Shown here: piece by piece, positions 18,113 to 25,787 of the stretch | How the letters are laid out: the number at the start of each line of letters is the position of its first letter | Position numbering within the stretch: position 1 is the first letter of the stretch | From: Ruthenibacterium lactatiformans | GTDB taxonomy: Bacteria > Actinomycetota > Coriobacteriia > Coriobacteriales > QAMH01 | Reading direction: 5' to 3' | Assembly: GCA_963614215.1 (NCBI GenBank) | Contig: CAVECB010000004.1 | Location: 26,222 to 90,221, forward strand | DNA length: 64,000 bases | Program-made: the position numbers and the translations under genes | Notes under the pieces: generated by a model | Databases searched by the model: none | What the model was told of the DNA's origin: nothing | The model's input: only the letters and a program-made list of their open reading frames with translations

Positions 18113-19387
18113 TCAGGATGCGGACTTCTCGTGCGCGGCTCGCCGCTCGGCAAGCATCTCCTGGTCGCGGTTGAACATCTTGGAAAAAGGCAGCGCGGCA
18201 TCGAGCAACGCGAGCACTGCCATGACGGCCAGCACCGTGAAGGTCGCGACGCGCATGTCTGTGCCGAGCACGCCCTGCAAGATGACGTTGAGGATAGAAC
18301 CCCACACGATGGCGAAGTTGCACAGCGAGAGGTTTAAGGGGTAGTTCTTCGCGCCGAAACGCTGGCGCCCGAACGCCGAGGCCACGACAGGCACGCCGCC
18401 ATAGCAAAAGCCACAGCAAAACGCGCCGACGACGTAGAGCACGGGGATGTTGGCCGTGAACGCGCCGATGATGCACAAAGCTGCAATCAGGCCGACCAGC
18501 CCGTCGATGACCATCGTCACCTTCACGTTGGTTTTGTCGTAAATCATGCCAACGATGACGCGCCCGACACCGTTTAGGACGGAGACCAGGCCGACGAGCA
18601 GGGTGGCAAAGCCCGCGTCCCAACCCACGCTTTGAGCGTCGGAGGCGCAGTTGCCGATGGTGGCAAGGCCGATGGCGATGACGATGGTGGCCCAGATCCA
18701 ATACACGTAAAACAGCGGCGTCTTCAAGGCCTTGTCCTCGTCGCCCGGGTCGTAGTCAGAGCCGCTTGCCTGCTCGGGCGCCATCAGCTCGACGATATTG
18801 GCCGGCGGGCGCTGCACCACGAACCCCTCGATGCCGATGACAACGGCCGATATGATGCCGACGACGATGAGCACGCCCTCGAGGCCGAAGCTGCTGGCGA
18901 GATTCACAGACAGGGTGCCCAATATGAGCGAGCCCAGCCCGAAACCCATCATCAAAACGCCGCTGGACAGGCCCACCTTGTCGGGGAACCACACATTGGT
19001 CGTGGCGATGACCGTGTTGTAGCCGATGCCGACGCCCAGTCCGCATATGATGCCGTAGAAGATGTAGAGCGCGGCGATGTTGGAGTGCGCGAAAAGACCC
19101 GTGCCGATGAAGCCGACGGCGAACATGATCGCCGCGACCAGTATCGAGCCTTTCACCCCGATTTTCTTCTCTATCTGCGAGCCGATGACGGCACCGACGC
19201 AGAAGGTAATCATCATGATGTTGAAGGTCAGGCCGACGGCGGCCTTTTCCAGCTCGAAGGTCTTGCACATGGGCGCGGCAAACATCGAAAACGCGTAGAT
19301 GAGGCCCAAGAAGAGCAGGGTGATGGTGGAAAGCGCCAGATAGAGCACGCGCTTGCTCTTGATCTGGCTTTCGGTCATTTCAGACAT
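18113..19387 (-). CDS. MFS transporter, oxalate/formate antiporter (OFA)-like
   Basis: MSEMTESQIKSKRVLYLALSTITLLFLGLIYAFSMF... is the OFA-type N-terminus, followed by about 12 TM helices. RBS AAAGGAA precedes ATG 19387. Confidence 0.85.
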   Translation of the reverse strand: MSEMTESQIKSKRVLYLALSTITLLFLGLIYAFSMFAAPMCKTFELEKAAVGLTFNIMMITFCVGAVIGSQIEKKIGVKGSILVAAIMFAVGFIGTGLFAHSNIAALYIFYGIICGLGVGIGYNTVIATTNVWFPDKVGLSSGVLMMGFGLGSLILGTLSVNLASSFGLEGVLIVVGIISAVVIGIEGFVVQRPPANIVELMAPEQASGSDYDPGDEDKALKTPLFYVYWIWATIVIAIGLATIGNCASDAQSVGWDAGFATLLVGLVSVLNGVGRVIVGMIYDKTNVKVTMVIDGLVGLIAALCIIGAFTANIPVLYVVGAFCCGFCYGGVPVVASAFGRQRFGAKNYPLNLSLCNFAIVWGSILNVILQGVLGTDMRVATFTVLAVMAVLALLDAALPFSKMFNRDQEMLAERRAAHEKSAS

Positions 19388-19545
19388 GTACGTTCCTTTC
19401 AGGTCGTTTCCCGGTCGTTGGCACGGCGTCGCCTGCCATGTAGAAGGGGTCAAAGCCCGCAGTTGCATGGGTGCGGCGCCGCTCGGCCTTCGAGCAGGTC
19501 CTGCGCGCTGGTGCGGCGCTTTCGTAGGGTGGGTGAAGGCCTGTT

Positions 19546-20424
19546 TCAAGCGCGCCTCCTCGCCTTTTGGGCTTTCGCTGCGGCCTCGAGGGCAGACATC
19601 CCGTCGGCGTCGAGGACGGTGTCGTCGGCAAAGAGCGCGGCGTTTTCGTCTAGCTCGCGCGTCGAGCGCATGTTGCAGCTAAGGCTTGCCACGGCGTCGA
19701 CGGATTTCGCAAATAGCAGCGCCCAGGCGATGCTGCAACGATTTGGGTCGGCCTCGCGCAAGATATCGAGAGCAGAAGGCGCGAGCGTCGAGGAGGCGGG
19801 GGTGCGCAGAGCACCATGCGCGAGCACGGGAACGCCTGCCTCGCTGGCCGCTTGGCAGCACGCGCGCGCCTGCCCACAAAACCAGTCGTGGTAGTTCACC
19901 TTCATGCGCACGAAGTCCCAGGGATAGCGTGCGAGGTGGTCTGCGAGTTTTTCGGGCGAGAGTTCCGAGGAAAACCCGAGCGCCCCTATTTTTCCCGCTT
20001 CCTTTTGCTCGAAGAGAAAGTCCACGGCGCCGGAGTCGATGTCGCGCATGCGCGTGCCGTCGCAGACACCCTCGATGAAGTAGAAGTCGATGCGCTCGGC
20101 ACGCAGTTTCTTCAGCTGTTTTTGGAAGACGTAGGAAAAACGCGGATCCACAAGCTCAAAAAAGCTCGTCGCGACATGGAAACGCCCGCCCTCGCCGCCT
20201 GCGACCTCTTGCGCGTCGGCGCCCAAAAAGTCCTCGGCTTCGCCTTTGATGTCGGAATACGAGCTGACGACGAGGTTCATCTGCGCTTCTTGCGCATGCG
20301 TGAGCATGTCGGCGGCGATGTCGCGGTCGAGGCGATCGACCCTGCTTGCGTCCTGCATCGGCCATCTCTTGGTGCCGAGCGCCAGACGCGATAGCGTGTA
20401 TCCTGCGATTTTTCTTGTCTGCAT
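19546..20424 (-). CDS. Aldo/keto reductase-like oxidoreductase (divergent)
   Basis: MQTRKIAGYTLSRLALGT ..., KIGALGFSSELSPEKL, DFVRMKVNYHDW, GVPVLAHGALR follow the AKR motif order. RBS GGGAGG before ATG 20424. The long track ORF extension is rejected. Confidence 0.65.
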   Translation of the reverse strand: MQTRKIAGYTLSRLALGTKRWPMQDASRVDRLDRDIAADMLTHAQEAQMNLVVSSYSDIKGEAEDFLGADAQEVAGGEGGRFHVATSFFELVDPRFSYVFQKQLKKLRAERIDFYFIEGVCDGTRMRDIDSGAVDFLFEQKEAGKIGALGFSSELSPEKLADHLARYPWDFVRMKVNYHDWFCGQARACCQAASEAGVPVLAHGALRTPASSTLAPSALDILREADPNRCSIAWALLFAKSVDAVASLSCNMRSTRELDENAALFADDTVLDADGMSALEAAAKAQKARRRA

Positions 20425-20534
20425 GGTGTTGAGCCTCCCTTTTCTCGATGCCTCTCTTCCGGTGCACGCACGCCTTGCGATGCGTCGTGCTTTCAACGTG
20501 CGCGCGGCATGCACGTGCACGTGCCTCGCGGCGG

Positions 20535-22436
20535 CTACATCAGCGTGTAGACCGCCTGTGCATAGGCGTTCAGGTCGTCTATCTCGAGTCCCTCGGCCAG
20601 CAACGCCTGCCCGTGCAAGATGCGGGCGTAGCGCTCGACGGTCTCGGTTTCGCCGTCTTTCCACAGGCGCTTGAGCGTGGTGAAAATTGCGTGGTCGGGG
20701 TTCAGTTCCAAGGCGTGCTGGGCTTGTGGCGTCCCCTGGCGCTCGGCGCCGCCCGAGAAGTAGCGCTCCATCCCGAGGCTGACCGCGCCCTTGGCAACGA
20801 TGCAGGCGGGTGCTTTCGTCAGGCGCCCGCTTGCCTCGACTGCCACGACGTCGGCGGGTAGTACCTCGCACATGAAGGAGAACAGCTCGGCGCATGCGGC
20901 GTTGGCAGCTGCCGCGCGCTCGGCCGCCTCGCCTGTCTCGAGCGACAGGTCGGCCGCTGCTACGTTCTTCAAGGGCAGCCCGTCGTATTCACGCAAGGTC
21001 ATGAGCGCGAACTCGTCGACGCCATCTGTGCACAAAAGCACGTCATACCCGCGCTCGCACGCGGCCGAAACCGAGGGCGCAGCTTCGAGTTTTTCGGCAT
21101 CTGCCCCGCTTGCGAAAAGCAGGCAGGGTTGGTCGGAGGGCATAGCGTCGCGGTACTCGCGCAGCGTGATGGGCTCGTCTTTTTGCGCGGTGAAAAACAG
21201 CAGCAAGTCTTCGAGCTCGGCGTTTTGCGCGCCGAAGGTCGCATAGATGGCGAATTTGAATATGCGCCCGAACTGCCCGAAAAATTCGGTGTAGAGCTCG
21301 CGCTCGTTGTCGCGCATGTCTTCTAGCTCGGCTTTCACCCGCCGCGCAATCTGGGCGGCGATCGCCTTCAAAAACGGGTCGCTTTGCAGCGTCTCGCGCG
21401 AGAGGTTCAAGGAGATGTCGGGGCTGTCCACGACGCCGCGCAAAAAGCCGAAGGCCTCGGAGAGCAGCTCCGGGCAGCGCTGCTGGATGAGCACGTTGGA
21501 GCTGTAGAGCTCGAGGCCCTTTTCAAACTCGGCGCTGAAGAAGTCGGCGGGCGGTTCGCGGGGGATGAAGAGCAGTACGTCGCAGTTGTGGCCGCCGCGC
21601 GCGTGCATGGATATGGTGCGCAGCGGGGGAGTGGGGTCGTCGAACTCCTTCATGTAGAAGGCGTCGTACTCGCTTTGGGCGACCTCGGATTTGGGGCGTG
21701 TCCAGATGGGGGTCATCGTGTTCAAGGTGACGCGTTCGGTGTAGTCCTCGAAGATAGGCTCGACGCTTTTTGTCCCGGGAGCCGGCTCGACCTCGCGTCT
21801 GCCATGCGTTTCCATGACGATGGGGTAGCGGATGTAGTCGCTGTAGCGTTTCACCAGCTCGGATAGGGCCGCATGCGAGAGGAACTTGTCGAAGTCGAAG
21901 GCCGCAGACGATGGGCGCAAGTGCAGCGTCACGTCGGTGCCGTGTGTTGCGCGCGTGGCTGCCTCAACCTCGAAGCCCTCGACGCCGTCGCTGGTCCACA
22001 AGTGCGCCTCGTCGCCGCCTGCCGCGCGTGAGAGCACCTCGACGCGTTCTGCCACCATGAAGCACGAGTAGAAGCCGACCCCGAATTGACCGATGATATC
22101 CACGTCGGCCGCATCGCGCACGTCTTGGCGGCTTTTTAGAGCCAGGCTCGAGGAATGCGCGATTGTCCCTAGGTTTTCGGCCAGCTCGTCTGCCGTCATG
22201 CCGATGCCGTTGTCAGAGACGCGCACGGTCCGCGCGTTTGCATCGAAGGCAAGCTCTATCTCGTATGCGCCGCCTGCGCCCGTCGCATCGCCTGCGCCGC
22301 CTTGTGCCAACGCGAGCTTGTCATAGGCGTCTGATGCGTTGGATATCAGCTCGCGCAAAAAAACGTCTTTTTCCGTGTATATGGAGTTGATGACCAGATC
22401 GAGGAGCTTTTTGCTCTCGGCTTTGAACTGCTGCAT
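20535..22436 (-). CDS. htpG: Molecular chaperone HtpG (Hsp90)
   Basis: MQQFKAESKKLLDLVINSIYTEKDVFLRELISNASDAYDKL is the canonical HtpG N-terminus; full length 633 aa. Confidence 0.95.
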   Translation of the reverse strand: MQQFKAESKKLLDLVINSIYTEKDVFLRELISNASDAYDKLALAQGGAGDATGAGGAYEIELAFDANARTVRVSDNGIGMTADELAENLGTIAHSSSLALKSRQDVRDAADVDIIGQFGVGFYSCFMVAERVEVLSRAAGGDEAHLWTSDGVEGFEVEAATRATHGTDVTLHLRPSSAAFDFDKFLSHAALSELVKRYSDYIRYPIVMETHGRREVEPAPGTKSVEPIFEDYTERVTLNTMTPIWTRPKSEVAQSEYDAFYMKEFDDPTPPLRTISMHARGGHNCDVLLFIPREPPADFFSAEFEKGLELYSSNVLIQQRCPELLSEAFGFLRGVVDSPDISLNLSRETLQSDPFLKAIAAQIARRVKAELEDMRDNERELYTEFFGQFGRIFKFAIYATFGAQNAELEDLLLFFTAQKDEPITLREYRDAMPSDQPCLLFASGADAEKLEAAPSVSAACERGYDVLLCTDGVDEFALMTLREYDGLPLKNVAAADLSLETGEAAERAAAANAACAELFSFMCEVLPADVVAVEASGRLTKAPACIVAKGAVSLGMERYFSGGAERQGTPQAQHALELNPDHAIFTTLKRLWKDGETETVERYARILHGQALLAEGLEIDDLNAYAQAVYTLM

Positions 22437-22442
22437 GGGGCC

Positions 22443-24113
22443 TCATCCTCTCTTTGCCTGCGCCGCGTCTGCCTTCGGCGCGTCGTTTTCGTTGCCGCTG
22501 TCTTTTTTCGTCTCACTTGTCTGCGCGTCTGTCCCCTCGTCGATGCGGGCGAGCAGTTCTTGGGCGGAGTGGACGTCGAGCTTGTGGTAGACGTTGGACA
22601 TGTGGGTTTTCACCGTATGGATCGATATCCACAGCTCCTGTTGGATTTCGCCTGCCGTCATGCCGCGCGCCAAAAACCCGAAAATCTCGCGTTCGCGTTT
22701 GGATAGGCCGCATTCGGAGGCAATCTGCGCGATGCGCTCCTCCCTGCTGCTTGCGACCTGCGCCACGTCCGTTTCTCCTGTGCGTGCAGCCTGCGGCTTG
22801 GACGCTTCTTTGGCGGGCGCGGCGCTCTCCTCGACAGAGCTGGAATGGTCGAATAAGGGCATGGTCGATGCCATGAGCAAGACAGTGATGCCCCCGACGA
22901 TGGCAAGCGTGGAGTTGGGGATGGTCGGCGCGAGCGCTTCGTCGAGTGCCCAACCGGCAAGAAGACCCAAACCCATGGCCAGGTAGAGGAGCGCGCGGTT
23001 TAGGCCGATGAGAGGCCCGAGGTCGCCTTTCATGCGAGACGCCCGCGAGAAGGCAAAAATCATGAAGCCGAAGTCGAAGGTGTTCACGCCCGCAAAACAC
23101 AGCATCTGGCCGCTCAGGTTGTCCAGGGTAAACGCTGCGTCTCCGAGCTGGTCGTGCGAGACGATGGCGTAGAAGGACAACATGAGCCCCGCCATGAAGA
23201 GCAGGGCGCTGAAGTGCTGAATCGAATGGGCGCCCTCTGCGGTTATTCGCGCGACAGGGATGAGCGATATGACGAAGGCGGACAGGGCGACGCCGCATAT
23301 GGGCCAGCTACTCCCTATGGCGTAGAAAACGATGTCGCTTTTGCCCATGGCTGCAGACAATACGTATTGACATATGCCGAAGGAGGCGCCGTAGAAGATG
23401 AACTTGCCGTTTTCCACGAGCCCCTCGCCAAAGGAGAGCCTCGCTGCACGCTCCTGCGCGCCTTCGCCGTCTTTGCGCGCTGCGCCTTTGTCCTTGCTTG
23501 CTGCCAGCGATATGTTGGCAAGCAGGGGCAGTGCGCACAAGGCGATGAGGTTGTAGGGGGAGACTAGGTTGCCGATGATGAAAGCGATGCAGCCGCCCAA
23601 TCCCATGTTGAAGACGAAGTTGATGGGGTTGCCCATCTTGTCGGTGCGCTGCCCGAGCATCTGCAGCCAGGGAAACATCAGCAGCGCCTCGGCGACGGCC
23701 ACGACGATCCAAGAGGCAAGCCCTATGGCAAAACCCATGTCGCGTGCGACCAAAACAAAAATCGTGGCAGCCGAGGCCAGGCAACCAAAGAGTATGTTGA
23801 AGCGCCTCCAGCTGGATTGTCCTTGGTGGTGGAAGAGGTGCGTCAAATGGTGCGAAGAAAGCATGAGCAGCGCATATGTTGCTGCAAGCGAAAGGTACAG
23901 CGCCGCCTGGAAGGCAAAGGGACGTCCTTGCGAGCCTTCGGAAAAGATTGGGGAGAACAAGACAAGGAAACGCCAGGCGCAGATGATGGAAAAGCCCGTC
24001 ACGCTCAGATTGTCCAGAGGCGAGGCTGCGCCTTTTACGAAACGGCTTGCCATGTTGCCTGTCCGCGGGTTTTCGGTTCCGTTTGTCCGTATGTCAGCGC
24101 TCGTGCGTCCCAT
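22443..24113 (-). CDS. LuxR/GerE-family transcriptional regulator with a polytopic N-terminal membrane domain (paralogue of 16056-17951)
   Basis: Multi-TM N-terminal domain. C-terminal HTH LSKREREIFGFLARGMTAGEIQQELWISIHTVKTHMSNVYHKLDVHS. The stop is 6 nt from the htpG ATG. Confidence 0.8.
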   Translation of the reverse strand: MGRTSADIRTNGTENPRTGNMASRFVKGAASPLDNLSVTGFSIICAWRFLVLFSPIFSEGSQGRPFAFQAALYLSLAATYALLMLSSHHLTHLFHHQGQSSWRRFNILFGCLASAATIFVLVARDMGFAIGLASWIVVAVAEALLMFPWLQMLGQRTDKMGNPINFVFNMGLGGCIAFIIGNLVSPYNLIALCALPLLANISLAASKDKGAARKDGEGAQERAARLSFGEGLVENGKFIFYGASFGICQYVLSAAMGKSDIVFYAIGSSWPICGVALSAFVISLIPVARITAEGAHSIQHFSALLFMAGLMLSFYAIVSHDQLGDAAFTLDNLSGQMLCFAGVNTFDFGFMIFAFSRASRMKGDLGPLIGLNRALLYLAMGLGLLAGWALDEALAPTIPNSTLAIVGGITVLLMASTMPLFDHSSSVEESAAPAKEASKPQAARTGETDVAQVASSREERIAQIASECGLSKREREIFGFLARGMTAGEIQQELWISIHTVKTHMSNVYHKLDVHSAQELLARIDEGTDAQTSETKKDSGNENDAPKADAAQAKRG

Positions 24114-24119
24114 TGCGCC

Positions 24120-24458
24120 TCAGTTGCCCCGTTTTTGCTCGTAGCGCTCCTGGGCCTTCACGTCTTCCTTTGTCAGACCCTTATCGCGCAGGTAGTCCTC
24201 GTAGAGACGTCGCGCACGCGTGGCCTTCACGGAAAAAGTTCCGACGACGATGGCGACGACGAGGACGACGGCCGACGAGAAGGGAGATTCCGAGAAGGCG
24301 CCCGAGAGTAGGGCGTGAAAGTAGATTGCGATGGCGATGGCGCACACGATGCCGAGCGCGACCATGATGAGGCGCTGCTTTCTTACTTGCGCTTTAAGGC
24401 GCATTGCATGGTGTAGCTGCTTGCGCTTGCCTTTTGTCGGTTGGATTTCTTGCGACAT
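24120..24458 (-). CDS. Small 2-TM membrane protein, unknown function
   Basis: MSQEIQPTKGKRKQ..., two hydrophobic helices, charged C-terminus. RBS AGAGGGGG before ATG 24458. Ends 6 nt before the LuxR start. Confidence 0.5.
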   Translation of the reverse strand: MSQEIQPTKGKRKQLHHAMRLKAQVRKQRLIMVALGIVCAIAIAIYFHALLSGAFSESPFSSAVVLVVAIVVGTFSVKATRARRLYEDYLRDKGLTKEDVKAQERYEQKRGN

Positions 24459-24551
24459 GCGAACCCCCTCTTTGTCCACGTGTCCTTGCTCTCTTGAGGT
24501 CGAATGTATGGCCATGCCGGGAACATCTGTCATATGAGGAGGGGTAAAAAA

Positions 24552-24614
24552 GGTATGAGTGATGAAAACGAGTACTAAAAATCGGGTGAAAATAGGTTTT
24601 CCGGTATGAGTTTT
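24552..24614. promoter_or_regulatory. AT-rich box cluster B: GGTATGAGTGATGAAAACGAGTACTAAAAATC ... GGTATGAGTTTT
   Basis: Lies in the divergent intergenic region between the 2-TM/LuxR/htpG string and the Cys-rich gene. Shares TGATGAA(AA)CGAGTA with cluster D and GAGTACTAAA with clusters A and C. Confidence 0.5.
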
Positions 24615-24680
24615 CCCGTTTTCCTATTGAGAAAATCGTCCTTGCTTTGTTTTCACCGTACCCAAGGAGAGGAGCCTCTC

Positions 24681-25010
24681 ATGGCCGGAGGTTGTTGGAT
24701 TTGCAATCCCATGTGCGGGAAGTGCCAGCCCGCCCCCATGAAGTCGGGCAAATGCCCCGATTGCGGCGAGACCACCATATTCGAGCGGCGCCGCATCATC
24801 GCCGGCGAGACGCTTGTGTGCAAGAGGTGCGGGCGCGACATGTCCGAGCTCGTCGTCCCCAGACCCGTGCGTTGCAACTACAGCGGCAAGGTCTGCGCCT
24901 ACCCGTGCGGCAAGTCCACCTCGCCCAAGCACGAACACGGCGACTTGCCCTGCGAGCGCAACACACCGCTTTCGCCCGAGATGGTGGCGTCCTATCCCTT
25001 CCTGGCCTGA
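24681..25010 (+). CDS. Cysteine-rich small protein (12 Cys in 109 aa; zinc-ribbon / metal-cluster motifs)
   Basis: MAGGCWICNPMCGKCQPAP...KCPDCGE...VCKRCGR...CNYSGKVCAYPCG. Strong RBS AAGGAGAGGAG before ATG 24681. Confidence 0.6.
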   Translation: MAGGCWICNPMCGKCQPAPMKSGKCPDCGETTIFERRRIIAGETLVCKRCGRDMSELVVPRPVRCNYSGKVCAYPCGKSTSPKHEHGDLPCERNTPLSPEMVASYPFLA

Positions 25011-25017
25011 AATGCAC

Positions 25018-25088
25018 GGAAAACGCGGGATTTAGTACTCATACTTCGGTAGTGAACTAGCCCGAATCGACCTTCTTTTCATACTTGC
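25018..25088. promoter_or_regulatory. AT-rich box cluster C: GGAAAACGCGGGATTTAGTACTCATACT ... TTTTCATACTTGC
   Basis: The reverse complement of 25028-25040 equals GAGTACTAAATCC of cluster A. TTTCATACT at 25077-25085. GAAAACGCG is shared with 15994-16002. Confidence 0.5.
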
Positions 25089-25252
25089 GGCCTGAAGCTT
25101 CGGGCGCTCATCCAACTAGATTGACGTCATCGCGTTTGCACGGTCCTGCAGCAAGGCGGACTTTTACGGTTCGCCTTCACTCCCGCAAGATGCGGGAGCC
25201 GGGCTTGCGCGAGAACCGTACGAGACAGTTGACACGAGTAAGGAGTCCGAAC

Positions 25253-25513
25253 ATGTGCTTCAGGCCACCGTCTTTTGACGACATGATGAAGAAGTGCGAG
25301 AAATGCGGCAGCTTCAACCCGCCCGAGAACACCAAGTGCAAGAAGTGCGGCGCCGACTTGCCTGAGGGCGGCGGCGACGACGCGGGCACGGGCGCTCCCG
25401 CAGCCCCCGGCGCCCCCAAGGCGCCCGGCGCGGCTCCCGCAGCCCCCGGCGCTCCCAAGGCACCCGGCGCGGCTCCTGCAGCCCCTGGCGCTCCCAAGGC
25501 ACCCGGCGCCTAG
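25253..25513 (+). CDS. Zinc-ribbon microprotein with a Pro/Ala/Gly/Lys-repeat tail (paralogue of 28641-28850)
   Basis: MCFRPPSFDDMMKKCEKCGSFNPPENTKCKKCGADL..., then 3 x (A/G)APAAPGAPKAPG. RBS AAGGAG before ATG 25253. Confidence 0.6.
   Translation: MCFRPPSFDDMMKKCEKCGSFNPPENTKCKKCGADLPEGGGDDAGTGAPAAPGAPKAPGAAPAAPGAPKAPGAAPAAPGAPKAPGA
25391..25507 (+). repeat. 3 x 39-bp in-frame tandem repeat
   Basis: Units at 25391-25429, 25430-25468 and 25469-25507, each encoding xAPAAPGAPKAPG with only a few synonymous or near-synonymous differences. Confidence 0.9.
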
Positions 25514-25787
25514 AGGCTCATAGCTCGGCTCCCCGCGCGACACCGCGCATATATATAGGTGCGTCGCGTGGGAGATATGCGAGGTTTTACCCGACGAGAG
25601 AGGGATGTTGCCGACTTGTCGGCGGCGATGAGGGGATGCGAGAAATGAGAGGCTCGCATCAAAGCCGCCGGCAAGAAGGCAGGGAAACATCAGGGATTCC
25701 CAAGGCGGCATTCTACTCGAATCGGCTAAGACATAGTTCGTTGCACGTGTCCTATATGTTTCGAGAGAGAAAGGGAGGGGAGATTTC

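Noticed and set aside
25028-25060. TTAGTACTC resembling the CIRCE half-site (TTAGCACTC-N9-GAGTGCTAA), given htpG nearby; HspR HAIR (CTTGAGT-N7-ACTCAAG) also considered
   Set aside because: No proper second half-site lies at N9 (TAGTGAACT is a poor match). The other copies lack any inverted partner. The boxes are not directly upstream of htpG.
25391-25507. CRISPR-like array
   Set aside because: The 39-bp units are contiguous with no spacers, in frame within a coding sequence, and no cas genes are in the window.
25514-25787. Moco riboswitch in front of the molybdoenzyme gene
   Set aside because: I could not recognise the conserved Moco-motif core from memory in this leader. A covariance-model scan is needed, so no call is made.
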